Assembly: GCA_002269645.1 (NCBI GenBank)
Contig: NIVC01000440.1
Coordinates: forward strand, 1-64,000
DNA: 64,000 bases
Source: Macrostomum lignano
Taxonomy: Eukaryota
Direction of reading: 5' to 3'
The notes beneath the pieces were generated by a model that saw only the letters and a list, made by a program, of their open reading frames with translations, was not told the DNA's origin and searched no databases. The position numbers and the translations under genes are program-made. Positions 46,901 through 59,550 of the stretch are shown here, piece by piece. The stretch's first letter is position 1. Each line of letters opens with the position of its first letter.

Positions 46901-49900
46901 CAGTTTATTCATCTCCGAGGACAGGGAGATCGAGAAGTTGCCATGGAATTGTGAATAGTTTCCAGTCTGAGACAGCCTATTTAGTGGGACAGCATACAGT
47001 AGTCTAATCAACTGTTACAGCCTACAGTAGTCAAATCAACTGTTACAGCCTACAGTAGTCAAATCAACTGGGACAGCCTACAGTAGTCAAATCAACTGGG
47101 ACAGCCTACAGTAGTCAAATCAACTGGGACAGCCTACAGTAGTCTTATCAACTGGGACAGCCTACAGTAGTCTGATCAACTGTTACAGCCTACAGTAGTC
47201 AAATCAACTGGGACAGCCTACAGTAGTCAAATCAACTGTTACAGCCTACAGTAGTCTTATCAACTGGGACAGCCTACAGTAGTCAAATCAACTGGGACAG
47301 CCTACAGTAGTCTTATCAACTGGGACAGCCTACAGTAGTCTGATCAACTGTTACAGCCTACAGTAGTCAAATCAACTGGGACAGCCTACAGTAGTCAAAT
47401 CAACTGGGACAGCCTACAGTAGTCTGATCAACTGGGACAGCCTACAGTAGTCAAATCAACTGGGACAGCCTACAGTAGTCTGATCAACTGTTACAGCCTA
47501 CAGTAGTCAAATCAACTTGGACAGCCTACAGTAGTCAAATCAACTGGGACAGCCTACAGTAGTCTAATCAACTGGGACAGCCTACAGTAGTCAAATCAAC
47601 TGGGACAGCCTACAGTAGTCTGATCAACTGGGACAGCCTACAGTAGTCAAATCAACTGGGACAGCCTACAGTAGTCTGATCAACTGTTACAGCCTACAGT
47701 AGTCAAATCAACTGGGACAGCCTACAGTAGTCAAATCAACTGGGACAGCCTACAGTAGTCAAATCAACTGGGACAGCCTACAGTAGTCAAATCAACTGGG
47801 ACAGCCTACAGTAGTCAAATCAACTGGGACAGCCTACAGTAATCAAATCAACTGTTACAGCCTACAGTAGTCAAATCAACTGGGACAGCCTACAGTAGTC
47901 AAATCAACTGGGACAGCCTACAGTAGTCAAATCAACTGGGACAGCCTACAGTAGTCAAATCAACTGTTACAGCCTACAGTAGTCAAATCAACTTGGACAG
48001 CCTACAGTAGTCAAATCAACTGGGACAGCCTACAGTAGTCAAATCAACTGGGACAGCCTACAGTAGTCAAATCAACTGGGACAGCCTACAGTAGTCTGAT
48101 CAACTGGGACAGCCTACAGTAGTCTGATCAACTGGGACAGCCTACAGTAGTCAAATCAACTGGGACAGCCTACAGTAGTCAAATCAACTGGGACAGCCTA
48201 CAGTAGTCAAATCAACTGGGACAGCCTACAGTAGTCAAATCAACTGGGACAGCCTACAGTAGTCTGATCAACTGGGACAGCCTACAGTAGTCTGATCAAC
48301 TGGGAGGTTTTATTAGAAGAGTTTTAGCTCCGGGTTTTAGTTCCAGATCTCTTTGGTTGAGGAAGGCCTCTGACGCCGCTTCCACCCCTCCATCTCTAAC
48401 TTCGCATCAGCTTGGCCACTCTTCCGATAATAAAAAATGACGGACCATTGATGCCACCTCGCCAATTTATGCAATAATCGTTATTTTATAAGGCTACCGC
48501 AGTTCTATTTTATAATTACTCTGCATCTCGCAGGGCCAAGCATTTGTTTGCTTAGAAGAGTCAATTTAATTAATATAGCGATGCCGCACGGAGTGGGATT
48601 GTATTTATAGCTAAAGCATCGCTATTTCGCAAATTTATCTCATTAGCTTTTAGTCAGCCCTCAATTTGTTTTTTACTGTTACTGCACTGGTCTGATTGGA
48701 GACAGATTCTCAGTAGCTTCTTACTATGGACCAATATTGAGCTCTTATTGAAAATTGTCTACACATTCAAAAAAACAAGTAACACATTTTTAATAGATGA
48801 AATTTAAATTCGGTTTTTCAGAGGTTACAAAACTCACGATACCTTTATAAAACAGGTGAATTAATTACGAGCTTGTTCAATAGACAAGCATTAACAATCG
48901 GTGCTTGAAAGAGCTGTTACAAAACTCACGATACCTTTATAAAACAGGTGAATTAATTACGAGCTTGTTCAATAGACAAGCATTAACAATCGGTGCTTGA
49001 AAGAGCTGTTACAAAACTCACGATACCTTTATAAAACAGGTGAATTAATTACGAGCTTGTTCAATAGACAAGCATTAACAATCGGTGCTTGAAAGAGCTG
49101 TTACAAAACTCACGATACCTTTATAAAACAGGTGAATTAATTACGAGCTTGTTCAATAGACAAGCATTAACAATCGGTGCTAAAAAGAGCTGTTACAAAA
49201 CTCACGATACCTTTATCAAACCAGGTGAAACTCTAGAAAGATATATTATAATACTATTAAAAACTTTGAACCATGTGGACACCAAGCTTAAAAGTAGAAA
49301 TCATCGATTTTCATTAACAATTATTTGGCATTAAATAATTCTATCGATACTTGCTTTCGTGCGTTTAAAACAAATGTTCAAAATAGCTTTACAAAGCTTA
49401 CTTTGCTCAATTAGTATGAAGCATTTTGAATTGTTTGTCAGTTCAAACAAACGGATCGATGCACTCGCACAGGCACTTTTCAACATTGGTGTAGCTCTCA
49501 GTGAGGTCGTTGATTCCGTAGCTGTGCGAGTACCAGATATTTCCTCGATACGACGAATCGCCCATATTTGGCTGGCCAGGGTACCAGACCTCAGGCAGGA
49601 AGGTGAAGTTGCAGTGCTCCCAAATCCAGGTGCCAGTGCTATAGCTACCGATTCTGTAGCCGCCAATGAGATAGCCATATCCAATGCTTTCTTGTGTCTT
49701 CAGCCAGTGCATGTATTCAATTTCGGCTCTGTCCAGTCCATCAGCGTACTTGGTCAGTCCAGGCTCTGAGTTGCACTTCTGAGATCCTTCAGTCCAGGTG
49801 CTTGCCGGATAGAACTTGTAGGTCATGCCGTGATTTTCATAGCCGTAGCCGCTTGGGCATAACTGGCCATTGGGCAGGTTCTTCATGTTGCGAACAAATG

Positions 49901-52900
49901 CCCAGCCAAAGTCGGTGCAGTTCGGCTTTTTAGGCATGTGAGTGCACGCGTCGAATAGGAACATCTGGCAGCCGAGGCCGTTGCCGCCAGGCTGACGGAA
50001 GCCGCGGCAAGATGCGCCCCGCTCGGTGCAGGCGAACGCGCATTGCATCTCCGTGGCCTTGGCCAATTCGGCCGGTTCAACAATGAGCTCCGGCTTCAGG
50101 CAGAGTCGGATGTACTTTTCCACGAACGTGTTGTCGGGTTGGCTGTACAAGACAGCGAGTGGTAGGCTTGTAATTAGCACTGCCAGAATTGACAGGCAGA
50201 TCGATTGAACGGCTGAAAGTAAAAAGAAAATAATTATCTAATTAAAATGAGCAATAGTGGTACTGAGTGGTACTTTTAATATTGTTAATTTCAATATTAT
50301 ATTATACTCACAGGTAGTTTCCATGATGAAGAAATCGACTCAGAGTTGCTGCTTTTAGATTTTAATTTGACGCAACCTTAACGTGTGAGTAGGCTGACGA
50401 CTAAATTTGTAGTGTTTAGGATCAAATTTCCAACCAATGGAGAGCTAGGCGAGAAACAGAAGCAAGCTAGCTCTGCTCAATTATTTGCTCTAAGTCTAGG
50501 TAATCGCCAGAGGCTTCAAGGCTCAGCCACTGCGTGGTTGGCCGTTCCTAATTTAAGCAGCAGTAAATGATTGTATTTGCTTTATTGGTTACCATGCAAC
50601 GGAAGGGATGGCATTGCCTAGTGAGTGCGTGCATTAGGTAAAATATGGGGAGCTAAATAGCAGAGCGGAAGCAGTACAAACTAACCAACTTACTAACTAA
50701 CTAACTAACTAACTAACTGACTGACTGACTGACTGACTGACTGACTGACTGACTGACTGACTGACTGACTGACTGACTGACTGACTGATTAAATATCTTA
50801 CTTACTTACTTACGAGCTACTAAAACTAACTAACTATTCGTCACACCCCGACCCCCGCCGCAGGCGAGTGCGCCATCGTGTCGCGACTCCGCTGCCAGCA
50901 GTTGCGCGGTTTTTACCACCCAGACAACCAGCTGTGCTCGCAGGTCAACTGCCTGGCTGACGTCTGTGGCATGCTCGGCTTTTCCAATCCTCAGCAACCG
51001 AACCAGTTCTATCGCCTGGCAACCAGCCAGTTCCTGCACGCAGGGCTGGCCACCCTCCTGGTCACTCTGCTGCACCACGGCTTCTATCTGAGGCGCTTGG
51101 AACGCCTGGCTGGTTGGAGGCGGACAGCCTGTCTGTACATTGGCTGCGGCCTGTCCGGCTGCCTGCTGTCCGCCATCGCCTTGCCCGCAGCTGTGGATGT
51201 TGGACCTGCGGCTGCTCAGGTGCCCAGGCTGGCTGCTCCTCTCTGCTTTTGCATTGCTCGTATTGATCACCGCTGGGCTCTGGCTGTTGCTGTGTATGCG
51301 TGTGTTTGCCTGCACTTCTCGGAATATATCTCATCTATCCTCTCTACCCCTGTCCTCTCCTATCTCCTCTTCTTTCTTCTCCTCTCTTCTCTCCTTTCCT
51401 CTCCTCTCCTCTCCTCTCCTCTCCTCATCTCTCCTCTCTTCTCTCTTCTCTACTCTACTCTCCTAACTCTTCTCTTCTCTCCTCTGATCTCCTCTCCTCT
51501 CCTCACGTCATTTTTGGGCTTTGCTAGAATTTGATATACTCTCGCATCTCTTAATGCATATAAGAGCTATCAAAATGTGTTATATCATTTTGATAACATT
51601 TGAGCTTTTTACTTTACTTACCTAATTAACTCAATTGTAACCATAAATTATTTTCACCACAGGTTGGCTCGCTGACAGCCATATTAGTCGAGTACATCAC
51701 TGCCTGGCGGTATGTTGAAAGCCGAGTAAAATCCACGGTTCTGCTGTTGCTGTGTCTGTTGATTCTCCTGCTGCTTGGCGTGTCGCCATGGCTGGACCTG
51801 TTTGCCAGCGTTGGCGGCTTCGTTAGTGGCTGTCTGCTGTGCTCTGCAGGCCTTCTGCCTCACCTGAGGCTGCTCTACTCTCGCGGCGACGCCAGCTTTG
51901 AAGACGAAGTGGATGGAGTTAATATTGATAAAAAAGAGGAAGCTGCATCGGCAGCCGTTGTTGAGGACAACGCTGACGACTTTGACGGTTCAATGTTTAG
52001 TGCTACTAGTGATAATTATAAAAACTATCATAATAATAGCAATAGTAAAGAGGCTGATGTCATAGCTTCTCCAACTGCTGCGGGCAGGGCCACAGCCTTT
52101 GGCGCGGTGGCCTGGCGATCCTTGGCTCGAATCTGCGCGGCCGTCTATCGGATTTGGGTTGCGAGTGTCCTGCCCAGGCTGAGGATTTGGTGGGTTCTTC
52201 GTTTGGTTTCATTGCTGGGATTCGGGTGTGGGGATCGCTTATTTGGGATTTGGGATCTGGGGATTGTTTCTTTGGGATTTGGGATCTGGAGATTGTTTCC
52301 TTTGCGATTTGGGATCTGGGGATTGTTTCTTTGGGATTTGTGATCTGGGGTTTGTTTCTTTGGGATTTAGGATCTGGGGATTGTTTCTTTGGGATTTGGG
52401 ATATGGGGATTGTTTCTTTAGGATTTAAGATCTGGATATTGTTTCTTTGGGATTTGGGATCTGGGGATTGTTTATTTGGGATCTGGGGATTGTTATTTGG
52501 GATCTGGGGATTGTTTCTTTGGGATTTGGGATCTGGGATTGTTTCTTTGGGATTTGGGATCTGGAGGTTGTTTCCTTTGGTATTTGGGATCTGGAGGTTG
52601 TTTCCTTTGGGATTTGGGATCTGGGGATTGTTTGCTTTAGGATTTGGGATCTGGGATCTGGGATTTTTTTGGGATTTGGGATCTGGGGATTTTCGGCGAG
52701 GTTTGGGGTCTGATATATTTTTTAGAAATTACAGACTTTTCTTTGAGAGATGAAGATTAGGAATGGCTCAGGTTTTAGTCTGCATGTAATTCGCTTGAAA
52801 GTATTTCACAGCTGGGTACAAAGTGTACAATGCACTTCTTATTGACGCTTCCTCAGGCATCGGACTGGCCAGCTGAGACGCCTGGCATTCCTGTCAGTCT

Positions 52901-53094
52901 GGTTGGCGATGACTGTAGCACTCCTGCTGCTGTTCTTCCTACCTGCCGATCTGCCCTCCGTCTGCCTCTGGTGTCGCCAGGCAAACTGCTTCTTCACCTG
53001 GCTGCAGTCGGTGTTTCCCAACGATATTCACGACAGTCACTGCGGAGTGGCTTACGGGACCAGGTTTGAGCGGAGCAAGTGCAGACCGTTGTAG
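40944..53094 (+). CDS. RHBDF: Inactive rhomboid (iRhom/RHBDF) paralogue 1, 7 exons, ~764 aa
   Basis: Exons 40944-41419, 41623-41851, 42746-42997, 43852-44068, 50864-51219, 51663-52189, 52857-53094 (2295 nt, in frame). HRPYFTLW, LGAKYGPCMR, GCCIHND, SGPVCGADPRTC, PCC, CSQVNCL..VCGM, QFYRL..S.FLHAG; GP in place of catalytic GxS. First and last junctions are less certain. Confidence 0.85.
41862..43752. repeat. Intronic minisatellites of iRhom-1 (TGTC/GAGA compound 41862-42688; G-rich ~31-bp 43070-43752)
   Basis: Direct reading. Confidence 0.93.
44361..45327 (+). mobile_element. Unclassified GC-rich insertion ending in (AAC)5, possibly the 3' end of a truncated non-LTR element
   Basis: G-run at 44361-44371, GC-rich body, hairpins near the 3' end, AACAACAACAACAAC tail; no recognisable protein domain. 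Confidence 0.35.
45395..46718 (-). mobile_element. Mariner (DD34D) DNA transposon, 1324 bp, transposase pseudogenised
   Basis: TIR CGAGGGGTGATCAAAAAGTTCTGCAA at both ends, TA duplication; PRSGRP, WVPHLL, GDKCW (for DETW), HDNA-34-D with YSPDL; several frameshifts. Confidence 0.95.
46995..48304. repeat. 28-bp minisatellite (ACAGCCTACAGTAGTCAAATCAACTGGG), ~45 copies
   Basis: Direct reading; in iRhom-1 intron 4. Confidence 0.97.
48824..49225. repeat. 92-bp tandem repeat, ~4.3 copies
   Basis: Unit starts at 48824, 48916, 49008, 49100, 49192. Confidence 0.95.
49443..50324 (-). CDS. Secreted PAN/Apple + C-type lectin domain protein, nested antisense in iRhom-1 intron 4
   Basis: Exon 1 50324-50312 (METT, GTGAGT donor), exon 2 50212-49443; signal peptide VQSICLSILAVLITSLPLA; CAFAC...C.GF...C Apple pattern; CPSGY..YKFY..TW....KC, LIGG, W.W, WYPGQPN, IND, LCEC. 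Confidence 0.85.
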
Positions 53095-54668
53095 TGTGCG
53101 CTTTTTAATTTTTTCCTGCGTATTTCTGTCTGGCATTTCTATGAATTTGGTGCCATTATTCGCTTGCATTTTTACCGATTTTATTTCTAGCCATTATTGT
53201 TTGTCTGGTATCTGTACCACCACCTCACCTGACATCCCATCCTCCCACCTGACATCCCACCACCTCACCTGACATCCCATCCTCCCACCTGACATCCCAC
53301 CACCTCACCTGACATCCCATCCTCCCACCTGACATCCCACCACCTCACCTGACATCTCACCACCTCACCTGACATCCCATCCTCTCACCTGAAATTCCAT
53401 CGTCTCACCTGACATCCCATCGTCTCACCTGACATCCCATCGTCTCACCTGACATCCCATCGTCTCACCTGACATCCCATCGTCTCACCTGACATCCCAT
53501 CGTCTCACCTGAGATCCCATCGTCTCACCTGACATCCCATCATCTCACCTGACATCCCATCCTCTCACCTGACATCCCATCCTCTCACCTGACATCTCAT
53601 CCTCCAAGTTCACCCGACACCCCATCCTCATCTGACATCCCATCCTCCCACCTGACATCCCATCCTCCCACCTGATATCCCATTCTCTCGAGTTCACCTG
53701 ACATCCCATCGTCTCACCTGACCCTCAGTCTTCTCAACTGACACCTTTGAGAGTTTATTTTTATCAGTTGATATTGCAGATGAGTTTTTTCAAGTCAGTT
53801 TATGACCTCATGCATTTTATTTTTGTTATTACTTTTTTTCAGAGAAACTTTATTCTCTTGAATAATTTGCTTCTTCTTTTCATAGAAATAACGCCGTATA
53901 CTCCAAGTTTAAAAAGATACCTTTAAAATGATTTCAGTAAAAATACAGTCATAGTTGAACAATCTGTTTTTATCAAAGCAGAATTTACCTGTGCCGTCTT
54001 CGTTTTTCATATTTTTACCTTCGTTCTAATCATAGATACTTCAACGCTCTGCTTGAGATTTTGTTCATACTGCTCAGAATCAGTAGTCCTTATCATATCA
54101 GTAAGACAGTTTATAATTCAATAAACATATGGATAATAGCTAGGCTGTTATGTGTTAGCTATAAATATCCAGTTGTTACGAGATATCTTAGTGGCTATCA
54201 GCTCCAATTGTATTTGATTCATCTTGCGCAGTTACTTTTTAGCTATTGCTATACTTGTAATTGGAATACGAGTGGAGTTTGCCTCAGCGTATCTTGTTCA
54301 AGATTCTATGAAGCTCCACCCTCATCTTACCCTTATTCCCACCCTCACCCTCCTTAACCACCCTCTCACCCTCCTTTCCTACCCTCTCACCCTCCTTTCC
54401 CACCCTCTTACCCTCCTTACCCACCCTCTTAACATCCTTTCCCACCCTCTTAACATCCTTTCCCAGCCTCTTACCCTCCTTATCCACCCTCTCACCCTCC
54501 TTTCCCACCCTCTTACCCTCCTTACCCACCCTCTTACCCTCCTTATCCACCCTCTCACCCTCCTTTCCCACCCTCTTACCCTCCTTACCCACCCTCTCAC
54601 CCTCCTTTCCCACCCACTTACCCTCCTTACCCACCCTCTCACCCTACTTTCCCACCCTCTTACCCTCA
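50678..54668. repeat. Further simple repeats: (ACTA)/(CTGA)n 50678-50788; CT-rich 51340-51505; GGGAT-rich 52245-52690; 20-bp 53215-53725; 21-bp 54340-54668
   Basis: Direct reading; these account for most spurious ORFs in this interval. Confidence 0.9.
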
Positions 54669-54873
54669 TTTAAGTCAGGAGAAATGACCAGAATAATTGC
54701 ATTTACGCAATCCAACTATTTCATGCTGAGCCGATTAAATCAATGATAAGTAACGGCAATGTTTCCATTACGCCAGAGATAGCTTGGATCAGCGATAAGA
54801 ACTGTATCAACTGTTTTACAAAAGGCCCATTCGCATCACACGTGAAGATAAAATTTGAGCGTGAAAAACCAAG

Positions 54874-57800
54874 ATGAAACCTCGGCCAAAGAACAGCAGC
54901 GGCTCGACCAGCCTGGAACTGCAACAGCAGCCGCTGTCGGCCGCTTCGCCTTTGACCTCGGCAAGTCGTCAGCGCACGAACAGCTACAGGCGTCGGCCCA
55001 GTGTGAGCCTGCTCCGCCAGGTGTCCACCAGGGCTGGCAACAGCTGCATGACGGCTCTGGGCTTGAGGCCCGAACTGCCTGAGGCCAGTCAGAAATGGAA
55101 CCAGCGCCGGCTGCAGCTGCTGTCCAGCTATGGCAACCTGCGCGTTAGTCAGCTGCCTGCCGCTTCGGGCACGTCAGCGGCTGCCAGAGTTCAGCCGCCC
55201 TGTCGCCGACCAATCGATCGGCAGCTGTCCTGCCCGACGCCTAGGATTCCGCAGCGGCTGGAAGCTGCCCCGCCGACTGCCCCAGCCGATGTCGAGTCGC
55301 CACTGCTGTTGCGTCCGCCTTCTTCGGCAGCTTCTGCTGCACGAAATTCGCCGTCAGTAGATTTTGTCGACGCTACTGATAGCGGTTTTCAGTTGCGAAA
55401 GCAGAAATCCTTGCGCAAGGAAAACGCTATCAAGTGCCTGTTTCGCGGTGTTCGCTCGCTGTCTTCTGGCGGCGGAAGCAGGAGCAATTCGAGCCAGCAG
55501 CTGCCGCAGACACCGAAGCAGGAGCCAGCAGCAGCAGCTGACCGCAGTGAAGACAACACTGAGTGCCAGCTTCCAGCTGTTCCGGAAGAGCAACCAGCTG
55601 GAGGGTCGGGTCAAGAGTCTGGTCAGGATGTTGTGGACGGTGTCACCATAAGCGAAGTTGGGTCTTCAGTGCGGCCCAGATCAACGGGCAACGTTTTTGC
55701 CGAGGATTTCAATAGGAAAATAGAAGAGCTCACAAGCAAATCTGGAGATTTGTTGGCAGGGCGTCAGTTGGCTCCTGCGATCGCTGCGCCGCCGCCTCAG
55801 CCTCCGTCGCCCAGTCTGCTGGCCCGACTTCGCCTGTCCTGCCTGACCAGCTCCGACACCAGCGAGCTCAAAGCCAGTATTGATGCTCACCTGCTATTCA
55901 GGCCCTACTTTACGTATTGGATAACGCTGATTCATATTGTCATATTTATTGCCACTGTGGTGCAGTTCGGCTTCGCGCCAATCGGAGTCACCCTGTTGAG
56001 CACCAGGACAGCTACGGTTGTGAATAGGAATACGCTGCAGGCTAAGGTTCGTGAATATGTTGCAATTTGTTATCAAAACATTTAATCAACAATTAAAGAG
56101 GTTGTAGCCCAGTGGTTAGAGCGTCCACTCGCGACTTGAAGATCGGGGGTTCGATTCCCGATCCCACTCGGAACAATTTGTGTCCTTGTGCAAGAAAACT
56201 CTGCATTGCTTCAGTTCACCCAGCTGTAGAATGGGTGCCAGCATTAGCTGGGGTAATTGAGGGTGTGTGTGGCGACCCCCAAGTCATTGGACTGAACAGC
56301 CGTACGCAGCCTTCAGATGCGACGTGCAATAGCTGCGGCCGGGCTTTCGGTTGCACGTCTGCCCATTCGGGCAGGTGTAATCAATAATTATTATTAATTA
56401 TTGTAATTGTGAAGAGAAACTTTGAAAGCAGACCAGCAGTCAAAAAGGAGGCAGAAAAAATAATAAAATTTTTAAATAGACAACGAAGTAGGTTTTGACC
56501 TTGCTTGGAATCGCTATTGTTAACATCGCAAGTGAAATGATGTTTAAGCCAGCTGTCTACTAAGATATCGGCATCCCCTGTGACCTTTGGCATCAAAGCC
56601 TCTCTGCTCCTGCAAGGGCTGATCAGAGTCTTATTTAACAATCTGCGGTCATAGACATAGTCTATAGTTGCCTGTGCATAGTCAGGGCTTGATGAGTCGT
56701 AACTCAACTCCTAGAACACTTAGCAAAGCCAAAATGTTTACCTAATGACTACAATTGATTAGGTTGATTTGGAAACAGCAGGAGCCAGTAGGGTTAGTGT
56801 AGTGGGCCAGTGGGAGGTCAAAACCTCGTCTGAATTGAATAAATCTTATACCAGGTATTGTATAAGCCACTCACTGATTATAATGCTTGATGCGTTCGAA
56901 CTAAACAAATTTTGACATAAAAATGTTTCAGTAGTATAAACGCGCATTTTGTTGTTTTTAAGCTATATAGAGAAATATTCCCCCCTCCTGTGGCCACAGG
57001 TTTGCGCCATAGACTACCACAATTTGTTCCTCGGTCCGCGCATGTCCGACCTAATTCGAGTTGGCGCCAAGTACAGCCTCTGTATGCGCCGTTACGACAG
57101 TCTTTATACTCAGATTCTGGACAGGCAGAGGATTAACGAGTCCAACAGCGGCTGCTGCGTTCACAACGACAGGTCGGCCTGCTATCAGAGCCAGAGGGCC
57201 GGCTGTCCCAAGTGGCTGGGCACCTGGCTTAAGTGGAACAATTCTACCAAGGTTGGTGTGCAGCCTGACTTGGAGTGCGACTTCTAGTCTCTATCTACCC
57301 CCTCCCATCTCTTCTCTCATCTCTCCCCTCCCATCTCTCCCCTCCTATCTCTAACCCCATCTCTCTCTTTTCCATCTTTCAGTTCCATCTCTCCCCTCTC
57401 ATCTCTCCCCTCACATCTCTCCCCTTATCTCTCCCCTCACATCTCTCCCCTCTCATCTCTCGCCTCATCTCTCCCCTCTCATCTCTCCCCTTATCTCTCC
57501 CCTCACATCTCTCCCCTCTCATCTCTCCCCTCTCATCTTTCCCCTCTCATCTCTCCCCTCTCATCTCTCCCCTCTCATCTCTCCCTTACCATACCTCCCC
57601 TCTCATCTCTCCCCTCTCATCTCTCCCTTACCATATCTCCCCTTACATCCCTACCCTTCCATCTCTCCCACGCATGCAGCTCACAAATCAGGTCAATTAA
57701 TCCACAGACTTCGCACGGCCGACTTAGCGGACCGGTGTGCGGTCAGGATCCTCGCACCTGTCTGGAGCCGCTCTCCCTGCCCGGCGATCCCAACGCTTGG

Positions 57801-59550
57801 CCAGATGACGTGTCACGTTGGCCGCCCTGTCATCGTCAGCAGACGCTGTCGAACAACAACAGCTCCAATGCTTTGCTTAGCGACGATTTGGCTCACCTGG
57901 TTTGTCCTATCAGCGCCAGGCCTTGCTGCGTTGGGATCAAGGGTAGGTTATATTTTATCAAATCTGATTAGATGGCGAGGCATTTTTGTAGTGAAATACT
58001 GTTATAGTTGCTCCCGCCGTTTACTTTTAAATGTGCTAAATCGATGACGAGGCAACAATATCAGTCATAGTTGCTCCCGCCGTTTACCTTATTATAACAA
58101 AATATTACTTTTGACTTTCAATCCAGGCGAATGCGTTATCACGTCGCAGCAGCGTTGCGAATTCATGCGCGGCTCATTTTTCCCAGATCGGCAGCTTTGC
58201 TCGCAGGTGAACTGCATGAGCGAAACCTGCGGCATGCTCGGCGTGGCGGATCCCCAGCAGCCCAACCAGTTCTATCGGGTGCTCACCAGCCTGTTCCTGC
58301 ACTCGGGCCTCATCACCCTGGCCGTCACTCTGGTGCATCATCTGCTGTTCCTGCGCAAACTGGAGCAGAGCCTGGGCTGGCACAGGACCGCCTTCATCTA
58401 CCTGGGCTCCGGCGTGGTTGGCAACCTGGTGTCCATGATATTCCTGCCCTATCTGGTTGACGTGGGTCCGACTAGCGCTCAGATCGGCTCTCTGGCGCCG
58501 ATTCTGATTGAGCTGGGCATGTCCTGGAGTCACTACGAGAGCAAGGTGAGAGGGTGATTTGAGTCGCTCTGGTTTAAATGGTTCACAACTTGCTTGAGAT
58601 AGTTTGGTTTATCATTGAAATTGGGACTAGAATCTACAATTTGGCCTCTTAAACTTAACTTAACTTATCTTTAAACTCATTTAAATCCCACAATAAACTC
58701 AATTTAAAATAAATTCACCCATAAACTCAACAGAAATCTCACCCATAAACTCAACAGAAATCTCACCTATAAATTCAACAGAAATCTCACCCATAAACTC
58801 AACAGAAATCTCACCCATAAACTCAAAAGAAATCTCACCCATAAACTCAAAAGAAAACTCACCCAAAAACTCAACAGAAATCTCACCTATAAACTCAACA
58901 GAAATCTCACCCATAAACTCAAAAGAAATCTCACCCATAAACTCAACAGAAATCTCACCCATAAACTCAACAGAAATCTCACCCGTAAACTCACAGAAAT
59001 CTCACCCATAAACTCAAAAGAAATCTCACCTATAAACTCAACAGAAATCTCACCTATAAACTCAACAGAAATCTCACCTATAAACTCAACAGAAATCTCA
59101 CCTATAAACTCAGCCACCCCACCTCCCAAATCCCAGGTGCGGCCGCTCTGTCTGTTCTTCCTGTCCCCCCTAGTCCTAATCCTATTCGGCTTCTTTCCCT
59201 GGTTCGACAATTTCGCTAATCTTGGCGGATTAGCGAGCGGCCTGCTGCTATCGGTGGTGCTGATGCCCTACGTGAGCTATGGCAGTTCGCCCAATGCCGT
59301 CATGCTGTGCCGCCGCATCAGCGTCGCCATCTGCCTGACAGCCTGGTTGCTGCTCCTAGTAGGCCTGTTTGCCGCTTTCTACCTGGCACCGCTAGCGTCC
59401 TGCGATTTCTGTGTGTACTTCAACTGCGGCCCGAAATGGTTTGACGGCTACTTCTCTGATCAGAGCCACGTTGATTATTGCGGCAATGTGAATTTGAGCA
59501 ATCTCGAGCCCACCAGATGCATTGAGTCGCTTTCGCATCAGCTGACTTGA
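54874..59550 (+). CDS. RHBDF: Inactive rhomboid (iRhom/RHBDF) paralogue 2, 5 exons, ~830 aa
   Basis: Exons 54874-56046, 57000-57251, 57708-57942, 58127-58545, 59137-59550 (2493 nt). QKWNQRR...YGNL N-terminal motif, FRPYFTYWIT, VGAKYSLCMR, SGCCVHNDRSAC, GPVCGQDPRTC, VDVGPTSAQIG, WFDNFANLGG (catalytic S and H absent). Confidence 0.93.
56100..56403 (+). mobile_element. tRNA-derived SINE with CORE-like central domain and (ATT)n tail, in iRhom-2 intron 1
   Basis: A box TAGCCCAGTGG 56105-56115, B box GGTTCGATTCC 56148-56158; TGTGTCCTTGTGCAAG...CTTCAGTT...CTGTAGAATGGG resembles the MIR/CORE consensus. Confidence 0.75.

Noticed and set aside
56100-56172. tRNA gene
   Set aside because: A/B boxes are present but there is no clean acceptor stem or terminator, and it continues into a SINE body.
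56305-56361. HDV-like ribozyme in the SINE tail
   Set aside because: P1/P2/P4-like pairings exist, but P3/L3 and J4/2 do not fit the consensus.
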